DNA of 63,385 nucleotides, filler included, from Octopus bimaculoides (GCF_001194135.2; 6 parts of 6 records of this genome joined end to end with filler, not necessarily neighbours in it), one strand, 5' to 3'; counted from the first letter of the whole stretch, positions 40,401 to 53,015 are shown. Numbers and translations are program-made. Notes: generated from the letters alone by a model not told the origin.

Positions 40401-41514
40401 AAGTATTGATGGAGGAGGAAGTAGGGTCACATTTTGAATTGCATGCAAAGATAGAATAACACTAGTACACATTTTAGATAAACAAAGGATGTGGACACTT
40501 CCAGATCCCTCTAAGCCACTAGACATTAATAATCTCTAGGATTGAATAACACTTGAACGAAGCAGTGTGAATACACGGAACAACACAAGTGAGCGCTTCA
40601 TTTTATAAATATATATATCTGGTTTTACTTATGAGGAACGTTTTTTTACCCTGTGTAAATGATTTTAGTTTATGGTTTTTAATTCGTCTCATTACATACT
40701 GTATAAAGTTTTCGACACTTCACTTCGTCTTTTTATATTTTTCTCTGTATAATATCAAATCTTTTTAATGGTTCTGGGTAAAGTTTCTATATAAAATTTC
40801 TGTATCTCTTCCAATTTCGAATTTCACTAGAGAAATTACTGTTTGAATTTTGTAAATCTCAGACACTTAGATTTCACAACAAATTGACAAATGTTCCCCG
40901 TTGTTTTCTCTCCTGTGCTTTACATACAGAAAACTTTCATTAAAATCCAAGTAGTTCTGTCTTCTGTATGAGCTGACCATCCATCAATTCCGAGTTTATT
41001 TACAGTCCTCGAAACTGTTCTACATGTATCCCAGTGCTCCGATCACCATTAAAAACACTAAAGCCTACTTCCACCACAATTTTTCAGACTCTTCCTTCAG
41101 TGATTCTTAAGTCTCCATCTTTTCATGTTTTTTTTTTATCTTTCACTCTACTATTTCCTCCGATGGAGACATCGATATTTCTTCTGGCATTTTACATCCC
41201 GCCAATGCCAGCACTTCCGGTCCTAAACACAGGTCAATACGACACAGTATCGGTCAAGTGTTGGTGCCAGTTAAAATCTCCCCCCAAATTCTAGGCTATG
41301 GTCATGGGTTAGAAAGATATTATTTTCATTGTTTGATACAATAATTCTCTACAGCATTTAATTGTGGCTCCTTTAAGTTCTGAAATAAAATCCCTCCGAG
41401 GGTAACTGTAAATTCAGAATTGATGAAATGACAAACGTGTCAAATACTGAATTCGATTAATCAACTATATCATTCACTCACATTTCTGACCTTGTCGCTG
41501 AGACCATTATAAGA

Positions 41515-41742
41515 TACGAGGGGTGTATGAAAAGTTTTGAGCCTCAAGAAAAAAAAAAAGAAAAAAAAGACATGGTACAAGACATTTGTTTATTAAAAAT
41601 TCTGCAACAAGAAAAATATCAGAATCATGAAAATGAGCAAGAATACTCCAAAAAGACTGTACTTAAGAGTATAAATTGTCTCAGCTATCTAGCAGCCCCG
41701 TTTCTAGGTGAGGCTCAAAACATTTCGTACACGCCCCCCGTA
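41515..41742. mobile_element. Mariner-type MITE, ~228 bp, ~30-bp TIRs, TA ends
   Basis: TACGAGGGGTGTATGAAAAGTTTTGAGCCT ... AGGCTCAAAACATTTCGTACACGCCCCCCGTA. Confidence 0.85.
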
Positions 41743-43089
41743 GAGTGATAGGAGAATCGAAATTATTATGGAGGAAGAAATTTCCAGACACCGCTTACGC
41801 CACTTAATGCTGTGATTTCAAATCTCACCTGGATCGACTTCGTATTTCATTATTTGGGAGGCAACATGATAAATACCAATCAAATACTGAATACTACAAA
41901 ATCTTTCCAAATATAGACCGTGTGCCAAATTTGTAAGTCATTAATAATTTTATTAGAATAGCGGTGGATGGCAGAAATAATACTGTATTGAACTAAATAC
42001 ATTGCAGTAATTAGTCCCTTCTTTTTTCTGGAGTTCAAAACCACTTACACGCTTGTTTTCATGGTTATGAGATCGATAAAATAACAGCCAGTAAAGTGCT
42101 GCAATAAATTCAATCGATTACAGCAACCGCGAATTTTGCAAGCTCGTGTCAAATTTGGATATCATAATTACTGTTATTATTATTCGACCGGCAGCACATC
42201 TACGTGCTTGTGTATAGATAATGGTTTTGTAAGTTTACAAAATAGAAACTGAACAGAAGAAAAAAAACGAAAAACACGTACGTTTAGCACTACAATTTAA
42301 TGCAGGACATAGGACAACAAAAGTTTTCGTGTAAATCATTAAGAGATGGAAAATTTGCTGCTTGGCTATAGTTGTATTCTGTTGACAAAATTGTGGTCAC
42401 CAATGCCAAGAAATCTCAACAGTAGTCAACATTGAATAACTGGCAGCCTTCGAAAACTAAAATGTATAAATAAGTAAAGTTATAGTGTAATTGCCATTGT
42501 GGAATATGCGAAAGCAAAAGAAAGGAAGAAAACACAGTAAGAATGTGAAGGTTGAAACGAGAAATATAAAAACAAATTCCATTATAACAAGAATAAAACC
42601 GGTTTTGTCAACTTGCCAAGCGTTTCATAGATAAACACACCTTAATTTACATTTGCTAGTGCAAGTGTAAATTCCTATCTCTTGGTCAAAGCAATACGTG
42701 TATGTTCATTTCCACGGACGTGGTGTGTTTGTCGAAGATACCTATTAAGGAAATACTAGAAATGTTATTACATTACAGTAAAATATGTGATGTGATAAAA
42801 CGATTAATAAGATTCAATATCACCTATCTACATCGTGATAACTTCTATGAGTTCGTTAAAAGACCTCACCGCATTTCAAAATGGAAGAAAAAAAACAAGA
42901 AATTGAAAATGAGCGATCGCTTCTATATATATATATTACTTGGGTACTCATTCCAGGAGATAGTATTTTCTCTTGTTCCATACTAATTTTCTTCTCTTAG
43001 CTCTCAAATAAAACATATCAACTCCAAACATCTTAGCAGAGTAATATTTTTGATGACGTAGAACATTCAGTAATACGTGAACAATATGC

Positions 43090-44096
43090 TGCTTCATGTG
43101 ACTCAAGTTTTTCTACTACGCCAAAACCGTTTTACTTTAATCAGAGAACTGTTCCACGAAGAGTCATGTTCAAACATTCTCAAAGAAAACACTTGAAACA
43201 TAAAGTAGAATTCCAGTTAACTGCCTACACCCGTTTTCAATCCAACTCTGTATAGGAAATGAGCCATGGTTCCTCCGAAAAAGTGTTAATTTGATGGTGC
43301 AGATCTCGGCCGAAGGTAGGGTGAGGCACTACTTTTAACTCCTCAAGTTCCTCAAATTTGCGTTTGGTCATATTGGTAGTATGTGCAGTGATATTTTCAG
43401 GGTGTAGGGGCGTGCGATTTCGATGGACTAATACCGAGTAGCGGGCTTTCAAAACGTAATATATTCGCTGGTGTTGTTCAACATATCAGTTAGCGTTCAG
43501 AGCCTGACCCTCTGGAATAAGCTCAGACTGCAACGCCGCCTCGAAAGTCTATGAAACACACAACATACACAGTTCAAACTGTTCTTGTTTGACAACAGGT
43601 TCTAAAGCCTGGCCGGAACAAACACACCGATTTCTCTTATTCGGATTACGAAAATAAATCCACTTCTTATCAACAGTAAAAGTTCGATGACAAAAATGGG
43701 CATCTCGAGTATTTGCCACCAGTTGTTTGCATAGAGTCAGACGTCGTTGAGCCTGGTCATTGATCAGTTCATCAGAGTTCCTCGGCAGCGTCTGCTTACA
43801 AGGCCGAGCTTATGGAGAAGTCGTTTGATGGTCCTTTGTAATATCCCAATTTTGTGCCGATAATGTACGAGTTGGTCAACCGTTTCAAGCAAGACCTCAT
43901 CTTTCGCTACAGAAGGGCTCCTTGACCTTGGTTTGTCTTCAGAGCCGGTGTCACACACCTTGAAACGTTTGAACCAATTTTGTGCCACACGTTCGTTGAT
44001 AGTTTCTGGGCTTTCGTTTGCCGTTGCCCTTGCACTCAGTTTTTTTTATCGACAGGTAGTGTAAACTGACACAAATAGCAATTTTTCAACACCCAT
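43090..44096 (-). pseudogene. Mariner transposase, near full length, inactivated
   Basis: HTH region (VAQNWFKRFK..DTGSEDKPRSRSP), TVDKKWIYFRNP (TGDEKW motif), ENITAHT (DNARPH motif) and VVPHPTFGRDL (HPPYSPDL motif); stops and frameshifts. Confidence 0.9.
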
Positions 44097-44504
44097 TATC
44101 ACATTTGTGTAAAATTAAACATTTAAAGATTATATGTTACATACGAAAATTAAGAATAAGCAATTTTGCAATGATTGAAAAGCAAGTTGTATCAAATTAA
44201 TGAAATGACATGGAGATACAAGTTGACAAAATCATCAATGAAAATCCGAAAAAATCTTGACTCAGACTGATATTTGGCAATTAATAATGACTATGCTGAA
44301 TGGAACTCAAAGCCAACAATGTATTGTACATATCTACTAAGGATAGTTTGGACAGTAATTAGGAACACCTGATATATTTAGAAGAACTTGGCAGTTATGT
44401 TTGCAAATGCATCGTTCTACAAACTCATAGTGTATATGTAACCTGTAGACATAGAAGATGCTGCTGAAAGCTGATAGCATGAAGAGTTAACTATATGTCA
44501 TCTA

Positions 44505-44644
44505 TTTACTGTAGTCCTGGTTCGAATTATGTTTTCAGTGCTTATTCTATGGTTCTCTTTTGCCGAATCGCTAAGTTACGGGGACGTAAACACATCAGCA
44601 TCGGTTGTCAAGTGATGTTGAGGACACACACAAACATATACACA

Positions 44645-44680
<36 letters not shown>

Positions 44681-44850
44681 TATATGACGGGCTTCTTTTC
44701 AGTTTCCGTCTACCAAATCCACTCACAAGGCTTTGGTCGGCCCTAGGCTTTAATAGAAGACACTTGCCCAAGGTGCCACTCAGTGGGACTGAACCCAGAA
44801 CCATGTGGTTCGTAAGCAATCTACTTACCACACAACCACTCCTGCGCCTA
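44505..44850 (-). mobile_element. CORE-type tRNA-derived SINE with internal microsatellite
   Basis: Minus strand: tRNA-like head GGCGCAGGAGTGG...GGTTCAGTCCCAC, CORE-like ACCTTGGGCAAGTGTCTTCT, (TA)/(TATG)n insert, shared 3' half. Confidence 0.85.
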
Positions 44851-44989
44851 TTCCTACTAAACATTTTAAAGTAAAGACAAAATATGTAAACCCAGATACG
44901 TCTCGGTAAAGTAGCATTTCAAACAAGGCTTACGGATATCTAGTTAAAACACCATGCCGTTGCGATGCCGAATTATGCAATTGTATCCC

Positions 44990-45312
44990 GAAGGTACATG
45001 GCTTAATGGTTAGGATATTCGGCTCACAATAATAAGGTTGTCAATCCGATTTCCAGCGGTGTACTGTGTCGTCGAGCGAGATTCTTTATTTCTTTTTGCT
45101 CCAATCCACTCAGCTAGCAAAAATATGGTCAATCTGTATTTTAAAGGACCAACTTTACGTCATTGAGTGTCACGCTGAATCTCTCCGAGAACTACGTTAA
45201 AGGTACGCGTGTCTATGGAGCGCTCTGTCACTTATACTTAAAATTCATGAGCAGGATGTTCCATTGATCGACTCTACTGGGAGACGCCTCGTCGCAACGA
45301 ATGGAATGGCAG
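44990..45312 (+). mobile_element. Decayed tRNA-derived SINE (another family)
   Basis: A-box-like TGGCTTAATGGTTAGG head, degraded B-box, distinct body (CTGAATCTCTCCGAGAACTACGTTAAAGGTAC). Confidence 0.55.
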
Positions 45313-45692
45313 TCTTTTTAATGCTATTGTGCTATGAAAAGGAAATTATGCTTTTGTAAAACGTTTCCTGTTTATTATATTGGTTGCTGGTGGTGCGTTG
45401 TTGTTTAGTCTCTACTGATCTCTGATCAAGTAGACCTGGGTCCAATTTCATTCCATCTTTTATCATCGCGTATAATTTTGTAGCGGAAAGTATCATTGCT
45501 TATTTACGAAAATGAAATCCTATGTGTGATTTATTTCTTGTGATGTCATTTTATGACTTGAATGAGATTTAGCTGGTATTCCTAGGCAATTGAGCGCTTC
45601 TTATTGGTTCAGCGTTGATTTATTTGTCTATTAATAAAATTATCTCTTCTGTTGTTCCTAATTTCCGCTGTGATTGTGTAGCGTAGTGCGTG

Positions 45693-45739
<47 letters not shown>

Positions 45740-45967
45740 CTATTTGGGATCGATGTCTATATACCTATATATATATTGACCACGGTAGAACAGGAAGTGT
45801 TGAGAGAAAAGAAAACAGAAACAATGAGAAGATGGGGCTCAATATAGGAAAAGAGCAAAGGCTATAACTTAATATAGTTGTTTCTGCAAAATTACAATAT
45901 AAAGGACTAAATAGCGGGATATGAAGAGAACTATAGATTTTAAAATATCTCAAAATTACAGGTGACA

Positions 45968-46420
45968 AATAATCCTTTCTACTATAAGCACAAGGCCAGA
46001 AATTTCTGGGGAGGGAAATGGCCGATCAGATCGACTCCAGTATTAGACTGGTACTTAATTTATCAACCCTGAAAAGTTAAAAGGCGAAATTGACCTCGGC
46101 GGAATTTGCACTCAGAATGTAAGGACGGGCGAAGTATCGCTAAGCATTTTGCCCGGCATGCTAACGATTCTGCAAGCTCGCCATTTTTAAAGGTGACAGA
46201 TAATTCTTTTTACTATAGGAACAAGGCCTGAAATTGGTGGGAGGTAGTAAGTCGAATACATCGACCCAAGTGCGTAGCTGGTACTGATTTAATCGACCCC
46301 GAAAGGATGAAAGGCAAAGTCGATCTCGGCGGAATTTGAACTCAGAACGTAGCGACAGGCAAAATACCGCTAAGCATTTCATCCAGCGGGCTAACCACTC
46401 TGGCAGCTCGCCGCCTTTAA
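45968..46420 (-). mobile_element. Two near-complete family-A SINEs in tandem
   Basis: Each has tail, body and tRNA-like head; bounded by three copies of AGGT(G)ACA(A/G)ATAAT. Confidence 0.9.
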
Positions 46421-46683
46421 AGGTACAAATAATGTCAATGAAGTCTACAACAGGGAAAATGGGGAATAAACTATTGACAGGAAGATCAGTAAGTTTAAAT
46501 AATATATCATATGCCGATAGACAAAACGAGGAAATGTAATTTTGTTTGGTAATTATTTGCCTGCTACGGCACAGTTATAATTTCACGTTCATAAAACAAA
46601 TCTAGTAAAATAATGTCATTGGCAAAATATATTGGTTATGATTATGACAGGTGTCCGTAGAAACCTTATAAGTTTTCTGAATC

Positions 46684-46738
<55 letters not shown>

Positions 46739-46824
46739 CAGAGACATTCACAACATACATGTATGTATGTATGTATGTATGTATGTGTGTGTGTGCTTGT
46801 ATGTATGTATGTATGTATGTATGT

Positions 46825-47743
46825 CATTATTTAGTTTATTTCAAGATTTCTTACCGATAAAGAACCGGTTTCTAACCTACATCCAAGATTCCTTCATTGG
46901 AATTTCAACACCAACAACAGGGTATGTATGTACGTGTGTGTGTGTATGTGTGTGTATATATGTGTGTGTGTGTATGTGTGTGTATGTACGTATGTGTGTG
47001 CGTGTATGCATGTATGTATGTATATGTGCAGATTTGTATGTTTTGTGTATGTATTCTCATGCATATAGTTACATATCTAGACATGTTCATATATATTTAA
47101 ATGATACACTTCTGGAAAGCTTTACATATTTTTACAGTTCCAGTGATGGATTGGATCTGTAGCCTTCGAATCAGCTTTCTCAAGATTAGTATTTAGGCAG
47201 TGTGTTACNNNNNNNNNNNNNNNNNNNNNNNNNNNNNNNNNNNNNNNNNNNNNNNNNNNNNNNNNNNNNNNNNNNNNNNNNNNNNNNNNNNNNNNNNNNN
47301 NNNNNNNNNNNNNNNNNNNNNNNNNNNNNNNNNNNNNNNNNNNNNNNNNNNNNNNNNNNNNNNNNNNNNNNNNNNNNNNNNNNNNNNNNNNNNNNNNNNN
47401 NNNNNNNNNNNNNNNNNNNNNNNNNNNNNNNATCGCAAATTATTAAACCACGTCTGTTGTCCTTACATTGTATTCAGGTTTTCATTGGGACACTCCACCA
47501 GTACTCCTTTTATTTATAATTAGCTATGGCTTCAACCATACTCTAGGTTCTTATTTCTTTGTCCTTGGGGTTATCCTTCTGACAGATTTCATTATAGAGT
47601 GTCCTAGCTACAGCATCATGTCTCATTGGCAGATAATACCGTGATGACATTTTCAGACAACTGCTTATGATGCGGGTGATATCTTCAGTGTTGATACCAC
47701 AAAGTCAGCACCAGTTGTCACATTTTACTGCTTTTCTATACAC
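46825..47743 (-). mobile_element. R4/Dong-like (restriction-like endonuclease) non-LTR retrotransposon, 5'-truncated, with 3' UTR
   Basis: KCDNWC*LCGINTEDITRIISSC...RHDAVARTLYN...YWWSVPMKT..CKDNRRGLIICD-[gap]-LIRRLQIQSITGTVKICKAF: zinc knuckle plus RHD and RPD-like motif order of RLE elements. Confidence 0.75.
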
Positions 47744-47835
47744 TTATGTATGTATCTATGTATGTCTGTCTGTCTGTATGTCTGTATGTATGAATGTGTG
47801 TTTGTATGTATGTATATATATATACACACATATAT

Positions 47836-48365
47836 ATACTTCTACTTTAACTCCACGAAGACATCTCCAGCTGGTTAATTCAGTGCGCTTTCGAACTCTG
47901 TATTTATTCCAATCGGGAGGGAACTCCTACCATCCTAGCTTCGAGATCACCAGACCAGGTGATTTCAATCATACCGAATCTCTTCAGTGGAGGCCGCTCT
48001 TTTGCCAGGCATGGTAGTAGACTAGACTCACATGCAGTATATAGAAATTATAGTATCATAAATCACTGATTTTATAATTACAAAACTACTCATTAGAAAA
48101 TCTCTGTTCGAGCTAGAAGCAATATACGAACTTTGGTTCGTATATTAGTGTTTATCGCTATTTTTACGTGAATGCTTAAACTATTGCCATGCTTAGCAAA
48201 TGAGTGCCCACCACAGAGTAGGTCTATTAAATTCGAAATCACAAGGTCTGCTAGTCTCAAATCTAGGGTGGCAGGATTTATCTCCCGCCGACAATAAATA
48301 TCGTGTGCGCAAGCGCATTGAATTGACTGGCTGGAGATGTCTTCGTGGGGTTAAGGTAGCAGTAT
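47836..48365. mobile_element. Old foldback/MITE-like element, ~180-bp diverged inverted arms
   Basis: 47841-48020 aligns to the reverse complement of 48181-48362 (CCACGAAGACATCTCCAG exact); identity falls toward the centre. Confidence 0.75.
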
Positions 48366-48661
48366 CGTCTTCTCTTACAGAACACCCACGTTAAAGTGGT
48401 GATAAACACTACTTATATATATATAGGTATGTGTATGTGTGTTTATCTATATATATGTATGTACATATACATATATGTGTGTGTGTGTGTATGCGTGCAT
48501 GTGTGTGTGCGTGTGTGTGTGTTTGTGTATTGTGAATAACTATGTATATGGGACTAATTTGTCTTGTATATCAGCAATAATTTGATATGCCATAATCAAA
48601 TTAGGAAAATATTAATCAACAAATATATTGGGTCACTGACGCACGGGGATCCCATAGAAAT

Positions 48662-48698
<37 letters not shown>

Positions 48699-48798
48699 NN
48701 NNNNNNNNNNNNNNNNNNNNNNNNNNNNNNNNNNNNNNNNNNTTAATTAATTAANNNNNNNNNNNNNNNNNNNNNNNNNNNNNNNNNNNNNNNNNNNN

Positions 48799-48836
<38 letters not shown>

Positions 48837-48974
48837 AGTTGGTATGTGAAAGCACGTGGTTGGATGTATATAAAACAAAATAGAATGAAAAAGCTACAGA
48901 AGATTTGTATTATATGGTTAAAAAATATATTAAAATTGTCATGTTAGGAAAATGATATAACATTTTGTGTACAG

Positions 48975-50345
48975 TGACATCGTTGGGCTGGGTAGTGTCT
49001 GTTAATGAGAATGATTTGAGTTCTTGTTGTCTAAAGTCTGGTATTTTTTCTTACACTTTGATGTATATCCTTTTTGCAAGGTTGAATTGGATGTTTGTTT
49101 TGGTGTGTCTTGGGTGGCAGGAATTAGATAGTAGATATTGTTTGGCGTCTGTGGTTTTGTAAAATATGTCCGTTTCTATTTTTAGGTTTATTTTTTTAAT
49201 TAATATATCCAAGAACGGGAGCTCCTCTGGGTTGTATTCCATCGGGAATTATATGTTAGGGTTAACGCTGTTCAATAGTCTTTTGAATTCCAGGAGTTTG
49301 TCTGTGTTTTCATTCCAGGGGATGGAACAGTAGTCCAGGAATCTTTTCCAATTCTCTTTTATGTATTGGGAAAAGAGGGTTTCCAAAGGCAGAGAAAAAT
49401 TCCTGTTATATTTTTATTTCTAGATAGCCCATTGTTAGGTTCGTAGTGACTGGGGCTGCCGTAGTACCCATGGCAATTCCGGATTATTGTCGATAAAAAG
49501 TGTTATCAAACATGAAATGATTGTTTCGTAGGACGAATTCAATTGATTCAATTATGAACTCTTTGCTGATTCTATCCGGTATTTCTTCCGGATATAGGTC
49601 CAACCAGAACTGAATTGCCTCTAGTCCATAATTATGAGGTTTACTGGTATATAAGTTAATCACTTCAAATGAAGCCATAATTGTTTCTTCCTTGACTTTT
49701 TTGGGGAGGTGATTTAACATGTCCAAGTCATCTCTGATATGACTATTGAGGTGTTTAAGGAAGGCTTTCAGGAGGATGTCCATAAATAGACTTAATCTGT
49801 GTGTTTCACAAGCTGGGCCAGCAATGCTGAGTCGCAATTTTGGGTCTCCTGAGTTTGGTGTTTGTTCCCTGGGTTTGGTCTTTGGTGATTTTTTTATGGT
49901 TTCATTTATAATCTGGCTTTTGTGGATTTTTGGTAGACCGTAGAAAAGGCTAGTTTTGCATTTAAAGTTTGTTAAATAGTCAATTTTTTTCGTTGCGAGT
50001 TCTTTCCCCTGGGTTTTAATTAGTGAGGATAGGGTTTTCATTATTTTTTGGAGGGGCGCAGTTTGTGATTTTTTCGTAATGTTGACTTTCATTAAGCATG
50101 GAGATTACTAGATATTTATAGTATAATGTGTCCATTTCTACTACCGCATTTCCTTTACCTGCTTCCTTAATCGTTATATCTTCATTATTTTGAAGTTCTG
50201 TTGGTTCTTTCCATTGTGTAGTGCTAAAGCTTGAGTTAATTGTCTGTTTATGTATGGTGTGGTAGGAGAAGTTCTCAATGTGGTTGCAGAATTCATCAAA
50301 CTTTTTATTTCTTCCTTTGTGGGAGATATGTTCACTTTTGTTTTT
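48975..50345 (-). mobile_element. Penelope-like reverse transcriptase relic
   Basis: TIKEAGKGNAVV, FYGLPKIHK, LRLSIAGP, NLYTSKPH, GIAMGTTAAP, KRFLDY, ELPFLD and YKTTDAKQYL..SCHPRHTK motifs in PLE order; several stops and frameshifts. Confidence 0.92.
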
Positions 50346-50679
50346 GACAAGCCATTACTTCTAGTAAAGTAAAGAATAAGAAAATCTTTACTTAAAATAT
50401 TGCAGCTAAAATTGAAAACTTGAATATTAAAACTTATTTTATTATAGTTTACAAAAACACTATACTTATTTAAGTAGAATTTGGCTAATTTACTACCTTA
50501 AATACAGAAAAAAGTGATTAATTAGATAAACTTACAAATTAGCTGAACAGTCTTGTACAATAAAGTTTAGAAGACGAGAACTGTAAAGGGTGATAAATTA
50601 GAGGAATTGGCATTCTTTGCTGCAATATTTTAAGTAAAAAGTTTCTTATTCTTTACTTTACTAGAAGTAATAGCTTGTC
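50346..50679. mobile_element. MITE-like element with ~61-bp terminal inverted repeats
   Basis: 50346-50406 vs reverse complement of 50619-50679 differ at only a few positions; AT-rich interior. Confidence 0.8.
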
Positions 50680-51078
50680 CTATATACTTTTACAGGTGTA
50701 ATAACTTGTCCCGTACTTTTACAGGTTTATAATCTTAAGAATATCACTTTTCATGCTCGCATTTTTCCATGTAATATAATATACCTACACCAGCTTTTCT
50801 TAAATTTTTTCATTCATGACTTCATTTTTCATCACCAGATTTTTCGCAACCCCAGGTATGAAATATGAAATAAACCATACAAATAAACAACACAGAAATC
50901 ATTAATTTTTGCTGGACAATGTACATATAAAAAAAAGTAGTTATATTTGTCAAAATAAAAGTTGTTTGGGGATTTGTTTCAAATATAAAAGTAAACCAAA
51001 GGAAGAATAAATGTGGCGGATGTGCTTGTTTTTTGCTGCATAACAAATTAAACCTTTGTGTAATTTTTGACACTGCTC

Positions 51079-51693
51079 GAAGGCAGCGAGCTGGCAGAAA
51101 CGTTAGCACGCCGGCGAAATGCTTACCGGTATTTTGTGTCTTTACGTTCTGAGTTCAAATTCCGCCGAGGTCGACTTTGCCTTTCATCCTTTCGGGGTCG
51201 ATAAATTAAGTACCAGTTACGTACTGGGGTCGATATAATCGACTTAATCCGTTTGTCTGTCCTTGTTTGTCCCCTCTGTGTTTAGCCCCTTGTGGGCAGT
51301 AAAGAAATAGGTATTTCGTTTGCCGTTACGTTCTGAATTCAAATTCCGCCGGGGTCGACTTTGCCTTTCATCCTTTCAGGGTCGATAAATTAAGTACCAG
51401 TTACGCAGTGAGGTCGATGTAATCGACTTGATCCCTTTGTCTGTCCTTGTTTGCCCCCTCTATGTTTAGCCCCTTGTGGGCACTAAAGAAATAAGAAACG
51501 TTAGCACGCTGGGCGAAATGCTTAGTGGTGTTTCGTCTGTCTTTACGTTCTGAGTTCAAATTTCGCCGATGACCTTTGCCTTTCTTCCTTTCAGGGTCGA
51601 TAAATTAAGTACCAGTTGCGTACTGGGGTCGATCTAATCGACTGGTCCCCTCCCCCAAAATTTCGGGCCTTGTGCCTAGAGCAGAAAAGAATA
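51079..51693 (+). mobile_element. Family-A SINE trimer inside one 12-bp target-site duplication
   Basis: Three head-to-tail units; TTTGACACTGCT at 51066-51077 and 51694-51705. The body GCCTTTCATCCTTTCGGGGTCGATAAATTAAGTACCAG resembles the Meta-SINE central domain (recalled, unverified). Confidence 0.9.
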
Positions 51694-52002
51694 TTTGACA
51701 CTGCTTGACGTAAAGCATCTACGTTTTCCAGCGTTGACCGATATTTGATTTCAATAAGGGTTAAAGCTGAAAAATCCATTCCCCATAAATAAATACCGAC
51801 CTCAATCGAATAAAACGGTAACATGCATTGTTATCTATACACTTATTAAGTAAAACGAACACAATCAGCCAGCTACATACGGTGTCACGGCACCGCACTC
51901 GCGTTTTCTTATCGCGCCGCTTGCGTGGGGCATCTCACGTTAAATATTTTGCGATTCTGAAATAAGATATAAACTGGAATTCAAGTGTTTGAATTTAATT
52001 TT

Positions 52003-52046
52003 CGTGACCCCAACTGGGGACGCGACCCATAGTTTAAGAAGCGCTG
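52003..52046. mobile_element. hAT (Charlie-like) MITE end
   Basis: CGCGACCCATAGTTTAAGAAGCGCTG followed by ATCTAGAC (NTCTAGAN target preference); the other end was not found. Confidence 0.55.
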
Positions 52047-52058
52047 ATCTAGACTATA

Positions 52059-52780
52059 GGCGCAGGCATGGTTATGTGGTAAGAAGCTTGCTTCCCAACC
52101 ACATCGTTCCGAGTTCGGTCCCACTCTGTGGCACCTTGGGCAAGTGTCTTCTACTATAGCCTCGGACCAGCCAAAGCTTTGTGAGTGGATTTGGTAGACG
52201 GAAACTGAAACGAAGCCCATCGTGTGTGTGTGTGTTTTTGTGTTTGTAACCCTCCCCACCATCGTTTGATAACCGATGCTGGTGTGTTTACATTCTCGAA
52301 ACATTAGCGGTTCGGCAAAAGAGACCGATAGAATAAGTAATNNNNNNNNNNNNNNNNNNNNNNNNNNNNNNNNNNNNNNNNNNNNNNNNNNNNNNNNNNN
52401 NNNNNNNNNNNNNNNNNNNNNNNNNNNNNNNNNNNNNNNNNNNNNNNNNNNNNNNNNNNNNNNNNNNNNNNNNNNNNNNNNNNNNNNNNNNNNNNNNNNN
52501 NNNNNNNNTATATATATATATATATATATATATGTGTATATATTTATGTCTATGTTTGTCCCACCATCACCACCACCACCACCACCACAACCACAACTAC
52601 CTTCGCTTTACAACCGATGCTGGTGTGTTGACGTCTCCGTAACTTAGCGGTTCGGCAAAACAAACCGATAGAATAAAGTACTAGACTTACAAAGAATAAG
52701 TCCTGGGGTCGATTTGCTCGAGTAAAGGCAGTGCTCCAGCATGGCCGCAGTCAAATGAGTGAAACAAGTAAAAGAATATA
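52059..52780 (+). mobile_element. CORE-type SINE (one or two copies across gap)
   Basis: tRNA-like head, ACCTTGGGCAAGTGTCTTCTACTATAGCC, internal (GT)n, 3' half repeated either side of the N gap. Confidence 0.85.
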
Positions 52781-52853
52781 AAAATAAATTATTATATGAA
52801 CCTCCCAGGGCCATCTGAGCCCCGGTCGTGAAGCTCTGGGGAATAATGTAAAC

Positions 52854-52983
52854 CAGGGGCCCCCAAACTTTTTAGACCATGGAATCCTTGACCCCTCCTC
52901 ATCGATCCCCTCGTGCATGTATCGACCCTTGAATAGTCCCCTCGACACCTAGAGGTCAATATCGACCACTTTCGAGACCCCTA
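52854..52983. mobile_element. hAT-type MITE, 130 bp
   Basis: CAGGGGCCCCCAAAC...TTCGAGACCCCTA; flanking 8-mers ATGTAAAC / ATATAGAT form a degenerate TSD. Confidence 0.65.
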
Positions 52984-53015
52984 ATATAGATGGTTACCAA
53001 TAAGAATATTCCTAC

